Assembly (NCBI GenBank): GCA_000697335.1
Contig: JNEM01007129.1
Location: 1-39,674 of the forward strand
DNA from: Conidiobolus incongruus B7586
Lineage: Eukaryota
DNA: 39,674 bases
Direction of reading: 5' to 3'
This document shows positions 1-12,348 of the stretch, in pieces (the stretch's first letter is position 1; every line of letters starts with the position of its first letter). The notes under the pieces are model-generated. The model was given only the letters and a program-made list of their open reading frames with translations, had not been told where the DNA came from and searched no databases. A program made the translations under genes and the position numbers.

Positions 1-36
<36 letters not shown>
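1..36. repeat. (TA)18 microsatellite at window edge
   Basis: Perfect TA dinucleotide run 1-36; possibly a contig end. Confidence 0.95.
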
Positions 37-38
<2 letters not shown>

Positions 39-2293
39 AAAATATACTTTCTATAATTAATAATATGTTTGAAAAATCAGAAATTAAAAAATTTCTTTTT
101 TTTAATTTTATGGTAATAATATATGTAAGGATGGCAATATAGATTAATTATATTAAAGTTTATTCTATTTTGAACAAGAAATTTAACTGATATAAGATTC
201 AAATTAGATATATTTCTTTAATAATAGAAAACTGGGTATGCTATTAATATATATATCCATCGATCAGGGTATTGTGTAATAGCATCTATTCTCAACTTCT
301 ATATAATTCATTCAACTATTTTCCAGCAATATTAAAACAAAACATTGGAAAATAAATATGAATCATAAATTAAAATAGTTAATTATTAATTTTATATTGT
401 GTTAACTTTATTAAAATAATTATATTTTATATTCATAAAGCTAACAATTTTAAAAAATTTAATTATGAGAATTATATTGTTAATTAATATGATAAGAATT
501 TTATTATTAAATTTTACAACTAAACTGAAACAGAATTAATAGTAGTTTACTATATAATATATTTATGCTCAAATAAATTTCATCTGAGAAATTTATGACG
601 ATTAATTAATTTTAAGTTATTAAAAGAAAAAGCAAATATACTCAGAGTTTTAGTTGAAATATGGCACTTATAATACCAATTATAAGCACTTCATACAATC
701 ACAATATCATATTTTAAAATGAATATTAAATAAGATTTAATAAAACTATTATTCAAGCATTAAGCATATATTAATATATAGCTTTATTTGACATTATATT
801 GTACTATTATGATTTCAATTTTGAGTATATTTTTTCCTGTTTGCAAATGTAATTCAAACCTAAAAATATTAATATTAAAGTTAATTTTCTAAGAATGATC
901 TAGAATACAGGTTGATTTTATAAGTTGAGTTTATATTAATCATCAAAAATCATTCAGTATTTCCCAAAATTCTGTGTAATATATAAACGCATCATTTTTG
1001 AGTTATATCCGATGAAATGCTATATCGTAATATTTTAACTATCTAATTTATTATATTGTATATCATTGTTCTTGATTTTATATTTGTTAAGAAAATCTTT
1101 CTTTTTACCAATAAAACATATTAGTGTTATTGCTGTTACTTTAGAATATTTAATATAATAAAGTCATATCTAACAACCATTACATTCAATATAAAATTAA
1201 GAATGATTTTTCAACTTTTTAAAGTTATTAAGTACAATATTTATGATTACATTTAAAAATTGAAATTAGAATAATATTAAGATAAAGGTATATAGTAAAG
1301 TGTATATCTAGCGATATTTAATGGTATGGTTTTAAAAGCACTCTTTGACCTCAATATATAATATAGTGATATGAGTGACTTTAAGTGGCGTTCAACCACT
1401 TTTATATTTTCACAGAATTAAAATTGACTTAATTTTAATAATTGCTGCTAATGCAGTTTTTGAGTAATTCGGCACTTTCCGGATGTTTAGTGGTTTATAT
1501 TTTTGATAATTAATTCGTAATATTAAATTAGTTATCATGTAAAAAATTATTAATTATTTATATACATTATCCATTTTATGAATATTGATCAGTTATAATA
1601 TAAATTATCATTGTATTTCAACATATTGATAAGTTTGAATAAATATCACAAAATGCCATTGATCAAAAATTCAAAATTTTAGCATAATTTTATATGTATA
1701 AGAATATAAACTGTTGCGTGATCATGGTATTATAAGGCTAAAAACCCAAAAAATACTCATTTAACATCAAAATCAATCAGAAAAACATATTCTTGCGAAC
1801 AATTATTAAATGAATTATACCTTTAATAGAAGGATCATTCAACTTAGATATTTTTTACTTTTTTAATTAATGTCCTAATCAATCCATCCTTTCTTCAAAA
1901 CAAATTTCACTTGATACTGATTGGCTAACTGATCCTTCTCAGATATTCTACAGATGACATCACTCACAACATTGAAGACAACATTGGCAAGAATAAATTT
2001 CTTGTATATAATAATGTATCTATTCGTATACTCTAAATTTCGATATAGTATGATTTTTAAAGATATTCTAAATGAACATACAATTTTAGAGGGATATTAT
2101 ATAATGTTTTATTTATAATACAGTCAAAATTTTAAAAATTTAATTCAATGAATTACAAGTAATACAGGCAAATATTTTTTACTGATCAATAGATACACTA
2201 GCATCAGATTTCATCTATAGTAGATGTAATAATACATGTTCTATCTTCACATCACAGACAATATAAAATAAATAATATATAATCCTCAACTTT

Positions 2294-2334
2294 TGATTGG
2301 AAAAAAATCAAGTCCTCATCTGTTGATCACGTGA
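2294..2334 (+). promoter_or_regulatory. CCAAT box (TGATTGG) and palindromic E-box TCACGTGA upstream of aldolase
   Basis: TGATTGG at 2294-2300 and TCACGTGA at 2327-2334, ~80-120 nt before ATG 2413. CACGTG is rare in such AT-rich DNA and is the bHLH (Tye7/Cbf1-type) site found at fungal glycolytic promoters. Confidence 0.55.
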
Positions 2335-2412
2335 GTAATTAAGTATTTAAATGTAAATTGAAGAATGAGCATTCAGTAACTTTCTTTGTTAACTAATTAA
2401 AAATCTATCACA

Positions 2413-3547
2413 ATGTCTGCTGCCCCTGCTGATCGTCGTCAAGAATTAGCTCAAACTGCCAGAGCCATCGTTGCTAAGGGTAAGGGTATCTTAGCTGCTG
2501 ATGAATCAACTGGTACCATTGGTAAGCGTTTCTCTGCTATCTCCGTTGAAAACGTTGAATCCAACCGTCAAGCCTACCGTCAACTTTTATTCACTGCTGG
2601 TCAAGGTAAGTATCTATTTTTCTACCTATTTTTAACAGTCAAATTAATTTGTTTAATCAGAACTCAACCAATACCTTGGTGGTGTCATCTTATTCGAAGA
2701 AACTTTGAATCAATCTACTGATGATGGTAAGCGCTTCGCTGATGTCCTCGCTGAACAAGGTATTATTGTTGGTATCAAGGTTGACAAGGGTGTATACACT
2801 CTCCCTGGAACCAATGGTGAAACCACTACTCTTGGTTTAGATGGTCTCGCTGAACGTTGTGCCAAGTACTACGAACAAGGTGCTCGTTTCGCCAAGTGGC
2901 GCAGTGTCTTGAAGATTGGAGCTAACGAACCCAGTCAACTTGCCATTGAAGAAAATGCCAATGTTTTAGCCCGTTATGCTGCCGTCTGCCAAGCCAACGG
3001 TTTGGTTCCCATTGTTGAACCTGAAATTTTGATGGACGGTGATCACGATTTAGAACGTGCCGTCGATGTTACCACCAGAGTCTTGGTCGAAGTTTATAAG
3101 AAGTTGAACCTTCACCGTGTCTACCTTGAAGGTACTTTACTCAAGCCCAACATGGTCTGCCCTGGTGTTGACTGCCCTAAGAAGTATACTCCTGAAGAAA
3201 TTGGTCTCGCTACCGTTACCGTCCTTCGTCGTGCCGTTCCCGCCGCTGTTCCCGGTATTACTTTCTTGTCTGGTGGTCAATCTGAAGAAGAAGCCACCCT
3301 TCACTTGAATGCTATGAACAAGGTTCCCGGTGAAAAGCCTTGGGCTCTCACTTTTTCTTACGGCCGTGCCCTTCAAGCTACCGTCCTCAAGGTCTGGGGT
3401 GGTAAGAAGGAAAACATTGCTGAAGCTCAAAAGGCTCTTTTAGTCCGTGCTAAGGCTAACTCTGAAGCTTGCCAAGGTATTTACCAAGGTGGTGCTAACA
3501 ATGGTGCCGCTAGCGAATCTTTATATGTCAAGAACTACTCTTACTAA
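2413..3547 (+). CDS. ALDO: Fructose-bisphosphate aldolase, class I (Schiff-base type), 359 aa; join(2413..2605,2661..3547)
   Basis: [29 protein letters not shown], Schiff-base [27 protein letters not shown] and C-terminal Tyr. One 55-nt GTAAGT..CAG intron (2606-2660) restores the frame. Strong C/T-ending codon bias typical of a highly expressed gene. Confidence 0.97.
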
Positions 3548-4008
3548 TTTTCGCTTGTAAAATCAATTTGCTAATATTATTTTTATCATAACACTAAGGA
3601 AGTTGTTTCTAATAAATCTAAATTCACTTTATCTTTTATTTATTAGATTTCTTATTATAAAACTTTACATATAATTTAAATATACCCATATTTCCATTAT
3701 CATATCACTAGCAAAATATGAGATTCAGAATATAGTAATAACATCAAGTACAATAATATTTTATTAATTAAAATATAATGTAGTATAAATAAAATACAAG
3801 TCACCTATATTTAATAATATATTAATTATTTTTAAAAATATGCTCTCAATCTTTACTTTTTGACAGATATTAAACATTTGATATATTAGACATAATATTA
3901 TGTATTCAAAAAATCAGTCATATCGGGTTTTATTTACGTCAAATTAATTATATTTTCTTAATAAGTTTGGTGAATACATTCTTGTTCAACTATGATTTAA
4001 GTTTAAAT

Positions 4009-4519
4009 TTATCAAATAGATCATCTTTGATAAAAATAATTTCCTTAATTGGTTGATTGATATCATATGGATGTATACAAAATTATTCACATTATATCAA
4101 TCTTTTAGATAGTTCTTAACCTTGTGTAATAACAACTATACTGATAAAAGATCGCTTTAGATAGACTCCTTCATGTTTACTATTCATCTGATAGATACAA
4201 GTATGAGATAATTATCAATATTATCCACATTACTTTACTAGTGATAAATATTTTAAAGATAAGCATATTTCTCTTTGACAAATTTAGATATGATAATTAA
4301 CAACTTAATCAATACCATGATCTACTTTAATCTATCTAATTTTCATTAATTTCATAAAAATAAAATTTCTAAGAGTAAATTCAATCTGATTAATTAATAA
4401 AAACTTGATTGTTTGATAGATTATTTCGAAAATGAATAGGAGATTAAATGATTAATAAAGATGATTTTATTATTTTTATGATATATCTATCACTTTATCT
4501 TTACTATCATTTTTGATAA
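4009..4519. promoter_or_regulatory. Dense cluster of GATA-factor sites (WGATAR)
   Basis: About 17 WGATAR matches on both strands in ~510 bp by manual count (e.g. 4028, 4142, 4159, 4189, 4206, 4212, 4242, 4257, 4291, 4414, 4487, 4495, 4504, 4514). Confidence 0.4.
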
Positions 4520-4778
4520 TTCTCATATCTAAATCATAGAATTGATATTCCCCATCAAGATATCCTGAAAGCTGATATAATACCAAGATCAATACGCAAA
4601 TGTCAGAAAGCATATATTTTTTAAGAATGACTTACTCAATATACTTTGATTAATTGATTAATAATTGATTCTATATATATTATCTATTTCAATTTTTCTC
4701 ATTTGAATTTTAAATTGACGATATCATTTAAATAATCTATATATATACATTATTAAAATAATTTATTTAATAAGAATA

Positions 4779-6305
4779 TTAATAGGTATATGAGTTCCAT
4801 AGCTGTTCATGAAGTTTACTTTGAAATTGGGGTATAAATGGAACTTGGATAATTTGATGAAATCCTTCACTTTCATTAGGTGCTTCGTATTTACCATGCT
4901 GCATCTTAATGACAAATTGGGGAACATGTGAATGGTTTGTATTGGGTAGAAGAGACCTCACATTGTTATTATGTTCACACAATTGGAGATCTAGATGCAT
5001 GACTACAGCATAAGTTTGGATTTTGTACTTTTTAGCTAACTGTAAATATGGTGCTCGATTAGATTTGGTTGTATTGGTATTATCAATAATCACACTATTT
5101 CCTTGTTCTAAATTCATTTCGCAAGCTTTCATACATTTAGCCTTTGTCTTTAGAGTATCTTGATTAATACATATATAGTTTTGAGATTCAAAATAGTTTT
5201 CAACTATACTAGATTTACCAGATCCTGGTAAGCCTACCAACATGACTAAATTAGGCTGATTGTCAAAGATAGGTTGTAATAGATCATTGATGCTGGATTG
5301 CTGAGCGAATTGATTTTGCTGGAAAGTGATTGGACAGAACCCACTGAGTGTATAAGGAATAGGATCGTGGTTTTGAAAAAACTCTTCAGGGACTTGAAAT
5401 TTGATACCTATATTCAAAGCAAACTTCCTATCAGTGTCAGCATGATCTGCTTTCATTCCTGGCGCCCAGTTTGCCTGTCTTCCTGATGCATCACCAATAT
5501 AAAATGAACTATCTCGATCTAGCATCATTTAGGACATGAGTTGATAAATGGTTATGTTTGAAATTACCTATGTTAGGAATTAAATCATTTAAATGGTCCC
5601 ACATCCCAGTTCTTGGTTTACGATAAATATCTTTTCTGGTAGATGCTAAAAATATAAATGGGATTCTCAACTATGAATATAAATTAGAATATGATTATAT
5701 TAAATGATTAAACGATATATACTTCTTTTGCCATAAGTGAAATTTTCTGTTTGATTTGCCTAGTTCTAGTTTCACTTTTAGGATGCTCTGGATCCAATCC
5801 ACCTTGGTTAGAGATTATAACAATAGAATATCTAATATTTAAGTTTTAAATCATAACACTATATTTACTATAACATCAATGATATTACTCTTTTTCCAAG
5901 TAATACTCATTAAGTGATTTGACTACATTAGGATATAACCATACCCAATCGAATTCGTCTTTAGGATGCACATTTTTACCTTTAACTTTAATCAAAGTAC
6001 CATCCTACATTAATTAATCAATATTCATGTAAATTTATTTCAACAAAAATTCATACCATATCAAAAGCTGCTATTTTATTAAATTTTGGAATCTCCTTAT
6101 TAATACCAACTAACAAAGAATTATTATCTTTAAACTCCCATTTCAAACCATTGGTATTCTTGCTTTTATCTTGAAGTTGAGGTGCAAAAAAAGAGCGAAC
6201 TAGTTAAAATTAGTCAAATGAGCAATATAAATAATAAAATTAATATTTACTATCAGTTTTGAGCTTTTTGCTACTATTGTTTGGCGAGGTTATTTTATTT
6301 TTCAT
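4779..6305 (-). CDS. PNK1: Bifunctional polynucleotide 5'-kinase/3'-phosphatase, ~421 aa; exons 6305-6251, 6199-6057, 6004-5889, 5831-5723, 5670-5568, 5518-4779
   Basis: Spliced HAD motif AAFDMDGTLI, IISNQGG, YRKPRTGMW, FYIGDASGR, DTDRKFA; kinase P-loop VGLPGSGKS, INQDTLK, IDNTN. Five GT-AG introns keep the frame. Confidence 0.93.
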
Positions 6306-6862
6306 TATTTATTTAATTAAATAATATTCATTCATAGGTGAATCATGCTTTATTTAATAGAATATTAATCAAAATTCGACTTATGGTTTTTTCATGATGT
6401 ATTAAATAATCATAAAACTGAAAATCAATTTATAAAATTGAGTTTTTAGAGATTATTAATATATTAATAATTCGACTGACAAGTATAGATAGTAATATGT
6501 AAAAATATTATGTGGCTTAAATATGAAATATTACTCACAGCTAACTATTCTATAATCAAGCTATTATTTGATTTGTAATAAGTAAATTAAATTTTCAAGT
6601 ATTAACATTACGAAATTCAATACAAATTTTGATCATAAATTGTAAATATAATCATTATTTTTATACAATTCAAAATAGCATTACATAAATATATATAAAG
6701 CAAAAGTAGCCTAGTTTGAATATATCAAAGAATCAACAATTTACAAAAATTTATATTGAATAATGAATATATATGAACAAAAAATATTTAATCATGTTAA
6801 AATAATACAGTACTATTATGAAACAATATTAGCTACAATGATCCAAAGAAGCTAGATCAAAA

Positions 6863-8911
6863 TTAAACTGACATGGCTCTTTGGGTAGATTCTTCAGCTC
6901 TTGAAGATGATGACTCAAAGTTCAAGTCGTCTTGAGAGCAGAGTTGGATAGCTTCTACTTCTTGATCCTGAGTAAAATAGTGCGATTTTAAGCTACCATC
7001 TTCCTTACTCGTGGTAACAATGATATGTCGGATTGAGGATCCAGGAGCTTCATACATAGGTTCTAAGAGTAAATTTTCCATAATTCGACGAAGACCTCTG
7101 GCGCCTGTTTCGTTTTCTAAAGCTTCTTTAGCAATTGTATGCAATGCATTTTGGGAAAATCGGATGTCAATCTAAATTAAAAATCAGTTAAAGTATTAAC
7201 TCATTTTAAAAAATCAACTCACATCATTCAAAGCAAATAAAGCTTGATATTGCTTGATTAATGAATTACGTGGCTCTGTAAGAGCTCGAACTAGGGCTTC
7301 TTGAGTCAGTTGAGACACTGTAGCAATTATAGGTAATCTTCCAATGAATTCAGGTATAAGGCCAAACTTGACAAGATCAGTAGGTTCCACTAATTTGAGC
7401 TTTTCAGATGAAGTATCTTGTGATTTGGACGAATTTTTGGGTTTAATGGGTGCATCAAATCCAATGGAAGATTTAGAAATTCTATTGGTAATTAGTTTGT
7501 CTAAACCGATAAAAGCTCCGCTTAATATGAACAAAATATTAGAAGTATCAACAGTAAAAACATCCCCCTTAACCGAGCTGGAGCTAGATGCTGAGCCTTT
7601 ACGAATAGAAGAAGCTCCTCCTTTATCAGTAATTGTCACAGTGGTGCCTTCGAGCATTTTTAACAGTGCTTGTTGAACTCCTTCACCTGACACATCTTTT
7701 GAAACTGACAAAGTATCTGGTCTTCTTGCAATTTTGTCAATTTCATCAATGAAAACTATCCCTTGTTCAGCTCGAGTAACATCATAATCACAGTTTTGAA
7801 GCAGACGTTGTATAACTAATTCTACATCTTCCCCAACATAACCAGCTTGAGTAAATGTAGTAGCATCAGACATAGAGAATGGAACCTTTAGAGCCTTAGC
7901 CAAAGTTTTCACTAGCAAAGTTTTTCCTGAGCCTGTAGGACCAAGTAAAAGGACGTTGCTTTTCTCACAAATAGTGGTATTATGTGTTGATGGGCATTTT
8001 TCTTCTTCAAACTCTAAAGGATCTGATGGATTACCACTGGTATTGGGATTTATCCAGTTTCTTTTAAGGTGATGATATTGAAAAGTGCTAGGTGTAGTGA
8101 CTGGTAAAGCCACTGAAAATTAATAACATTAATATAAGTTTGAATTAAAGATACAAAAATAATATTATATTACCTCTTTGGTTAGCAATAATATTTCTTT
8201 CAGAGATAGACATTTCAGAGTGGTCATTAGAAGAGTTTGCCTTTTTATTTTGAGCTCGTCTTCTAAGATTTGCTCTAACTCTGCTATAATGATTAAAAAC
8301 AGCAACAGCTAAAATCTTTTTAGCTCTATCTTGACCGATAACATATTCATCCAAATATTTTACTAACTAGAATAATAATTAATTAAAAAACACTTCAAGT
8401 TTAAAGTAGATTCAATTTACCACTCTTGGATTATCCATGAAAAGACTGTAAGAGCTTTCATTAGTGGGATTTTCCTTAGCGTTATCAGTAATATGTTCAA
8501 ATCCAGAGCCAAAAGTCGAGTATGATGGAAGATCAGTTTTGTTAGTATAAATAGGTTGTGTTTCTCTCTTAGTAAAATTGTTTATAGGCGGAGAATCTAA
8601 ATTATACAAATCAAGTTTAGCGAAGAGCTGATAATAAATATTGAAAAGAAAAAGATATTGAAATTACCTGGAACTTTGCTAAAAAAGTTACTAGCTAAGC
8701 TCTTTTTGGAAATGGAAGCTGCAATTATAGGTTCTTTGAGAGGAGATTTTACATTATTTGTAGGAGTTTTGATAGAGTTAGAATTAGTGTCTTTATTTCC
8801 ATTACTATGATACCGAAGTTGAATATAAGGAGTAGTCAAAGGTCTTGCTTTTAGATTATTAACTAAATGAAAAGAGAAGTGCAATTTTCTATTGGAAGAA
8901 ACGAAAAACAT
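6863..8911 (-). CDS. CLPX: Mitochondrial ClpX AAA+ chaperone/unfoldase, ~603 aa; exons 8911-8668, 8596-8421, 8366-8174, 8112-7223, 7171-6863
   Basis: [38 protein letters not shown] (Walker A), [20 protein letters not shown] (Walker B), [20 protein letters not shown] loop, TGARGLR. Basic N-terminus resembling a mitochondrial presequence. Confidence 0.95.
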
Positions 8912-9965
8912 AATAATTGTATTATCAAATTTTAATGGATATAGATAAATAAATATATATATATATATATTTAATCAAGGTTATATAATATTTAATAAAA
9001 TTGAAAAAAAAATTAATAATTAATAAAAAAGAGAAATTATTTTTAAAATTATCAAGTATAGCAGTCCTTTTATATTTTTAATAAAATTTATATGATTCAA
9101 ATGTTAAAATATTTTTTTTGAATATTGAATAAATTATTAGAAAATAATATGTAATTTGATAAGTGATGAATTAATCCAATCATTGCTTAGGATTTATTGA
9201 TTTATCCAATAAAGTTTAAGAATTGTTTCTTTTCATATTGCATTATACCCTGAAATTTCAATCAATTAATGTTATATCAAATGATTAAATATACTTCATA
9301 TTTCTAAAAGTTTAAATAGTAAGATTGGAATGGAGTTAACACATATGGACATATTATCTTTCCATTAGTAAGCGGGGAAATGATAGTTATATATCAAGAG
9401 ATAAATATAATATAATAGGAATATGGCTGCTGCAAAAAATTATATTTGGGATCCAATATTCAAAATTACTATCAATATTAATATTAAATAAGCACTTTAT
9501 TACATTAAAATAACTATGCAAAATACAATTCTTTTCGAAGATTTTATTCGAAATAAATATATGATCAAAGTCAATCAAATCAATAAAAATTATAATTAAT
9601 AATACTTGTCAATATATCCACTATAATATAAAGATATATCTCATCATAATTCAAAATTGATAAAATAAGTCATTATTTGACAGCAATGCAATTATTGAAG
9701 AAAAAAGTGTTAAAAGCAACTTGAACAATTGGTATCAATAATAATAGAATTATAGATTAGTCAAAAATGGTTTATTGACTTTAAATATATATAAAATAAG
9801 AGGATAAAGTTTATGAGTTCGAAAATATTATTATTGTATTATGCTATTCAGCAATCAAACGGAACTTGAGTGAATACTGAAAAATCAAATGTATAGCAAA
9901 AACAAAAAAGAACAATACTAACTAAATAATGCAGGAAATTGAATAAAGATTGATATAGAATTAAT

Positions 9966-10904
9966 TTAAAGAAGAGCTAACTCCAATGTCCAAATTCTTC
10001 TGGACCATAATCTAACTAAATTGAATTGATCTTGATTTTGTATCTTAATTTCTTCAATATCCCACCAACATTTTCTCTAAAAAACAGATTAGATACAATA
10101 GAATGTATGAGTACAATAAGAACTTACAGCAGGTTTTCTCCAAAATAGTAGCAGTTTTTGAGTGACACCACTTTGAATAGCCTTGGCATTTGCTTCAAGC
10201 TGAACGAGGGATATACTTACAAGAGTTGAGCGGTTGGGCTCAATACCTCGATAACCCCATTGGTCGTCTCTCTGGAATCCGGAAACGCAGAGCATATCGA
10301 TTAGCTGGCGCTCAGCTTGGTTATTTCCTCCGTGGATATTCCTTTCGAATGGATCAAATATATTCGAACAGCTTAATAAATATTCGCCACACTTAGTTTT
10401 GAGAAGAGGATGGTGTTTATCTGTTATTGGGAAATAGTCCAGCTCTTCTCTAAGAATTATAAAAGCTTTTTTGCCGTAAAAAGGACTATGAGGCCCTGAA
10501 GGAATACCAAATAGATGAGATAGGTCCAAGTCGTGCATTGGATCCGATTTATGTAAAAGTTTATAAAAATTCAGTATATATTCAAGTAAATCGGGGCTAA
10601 AATCTACATAAATAATATGATCGTCTGCTGTTCCTAATTCCATATTAGATAAGTCTGACCCTTGTTCACCCTCATTTTCGGAACTTGGAGGTTTACTAAG
10701 TAATACTCCGTTAGGGAACATGACAATGAGAATGCTCTCAGGCAAATTTACTAAGGTTTCTCTGTCCAAATCAATTTTAACACCTCTTAAATTCAAATGA
10801 AGAATGGGAGGAAGAAGAGAGGTGGCTTGATTAGAAGCTTGGGCATCATAATCTTGGGCTACCGAAGTAATGGGACTTTCGTTCATAGCCGATACCTCAG
10901 TCAT
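9966..10904 (-). CDS. WHI2: Whi2 family stress-response protein (BTB/POZ-like), ~295 aa; exons 10904-10128, 10076-9966
   Basis: LNLRG...RETLVNLPESIL..MFPNG, YVDF, IILREELDYF, AERQLIDMLCVSGF..DDQWGYR.IEP and spliced LLLFWRKPARKCWWD...RLWSRRIWTLEL, all hallmarks of fungal Whi2. Confidence 0.9.
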
Positions 10905-11725
10905 TTTTCAAATTTTAAAGTGCAAAGAATTTAATATAAAACACAAATAAGGAAAAGGCTTACTAAAAATACAAAGAAAATAAATCGATTTGAATGAAGG
11001 TAAAGTTCAACTAAAATTCGCTTTGACCATTCAAAGATATAAAACAGATTCTTAAAAATATAATTAATTTATTAATATATTTTAATAAGTTAGTTGATAA
11101 GAATCAAGTATTCAGGAGTCTTTTTGAATGCTGTTTAGTTTATATATTAGAATTCCAAATCAAATTACCTTATTTGGGACTTTCTACCACAATTATTTTG
11201 GTTTAAATTTAAAACTTGAGATTGATTAAACTACCCTTAATCTAATTGCTAAACATCATTATCGGGTCAGTATCCAATTTAAATTATTAATTCATTTCCT
11301 ATTCAGTCATTTAGAGCTTACTCCTTTAGTCTAAGCACAGAATTTTACAAGGCCTCAATTTCATTGGCTCGTCCCAGTATTCTAAATCAATTCACAATGT
11401 TAATCAATAAAACTTTTATTATTCCGAAGTAAATAGCCATTTACTAATCATATTTAATTGAACAAAACAACTATAAATTCTCATCAACTTCTTTTACTGT
11501 CTGGTTGTTTCATTACGTTGATCCAAAGCTTGATAAAGATGATCAATGTTCCCACAATTATGTACCCCAAAATGATTTAAAATGAGTTGATTTACTTGAA
11601 ACGATCTCCTATAACATAGTACATATAATATACTATCAATATTAATGATTCAAATTTTACATTTAGTTATAGTTAGTTATCAAATATATTAAATCATAAA
11701 GATTCATAAAAAGATATACTATTAG

Positions 11726-11794
11726 TTTGTTGATAAATATGTTAAATTGATTAATTAATCAACTATATTTAATATTAATGATTTTATCAACAAA
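11726..11794. repeat. Imperfect inverted repeat/hairpin (12-bp terminal arms, central 16-bp palindrome)
   Basis: TTTGTTGATAAA (11726-11737) and TTTATCAACAAA (11783-11794) flank TTGATTAATTAATCAA (11747-11762). Confidence 0.6.
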
Positions 11795-12348
11795 ATTCTA
11801 TTTTTACAGATAAATATTTGTAAAAGAAAAATCCGGTAATAAATTTATAATTATTGATTAATTATTAGTTAACAAATTAATAATAGATAAAAATTATTTT
11901 AGATTTTTCATATAGTGATTTGCCATTTAGTCTGTTCAATTATACCAACTTGTTTCAAGAATTTTGGATAAATTTTGATACAATATCGTTATAGTTGATT
12001 ATCATTTATTTTAGCAACTTTATATATATCATCAATAGAAATTATATTAATTAAATAATAAACAAATTTTTAGTACTCCTATTCTATTCTGTCCGTTCAA
12101 TTACTTGGTCAAGTACATTAAAATAAAAACTTAGTTTATTATAATGAAAATATGTTAATTAAAACAGGTTAAATGTACTGATATAGTGCAATTAAGTGTA
12201 ATTTAATTATATAATGTATAATTTTGAAAGTTATAATAAAGTTTATTATTTTAAAAAATTTATTTAATACAGAAAAAACCAAGCCAATAATCAAATTAAA
12301 TATATTTTGAAATGTAATATACAAACGAAAACTCAATATAAATGTGAT

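Noticed and set aside
3117..3430. Alternative-frame and antisense ORFs inside aldolase
   Set aside because: Shadow ORFs caused by codon bias of the real CDS.
3545..3580. Cryptic peroxisomal (PTS1) extension of aldolase by readthrough
   Set aside because: The stop is TAA-TTT (poor readthrough context) and the extension FSLVKSIC* has no SKL-like end.
9163..9253. Possible C/D snoRNA (GTGATGA...CTGA)
   Set aside because: No clear terminal stem or recognisable rRNA-complementary guide; such boxes arise by chance in AT-rich DNA.
9323..9578. ORF 9387-9578 and a + strand intron-like GTAAGC..TAG segment (9368-9418)
   Set aside because: No start-to-stop spliced ORF or recognisable domain could be built.
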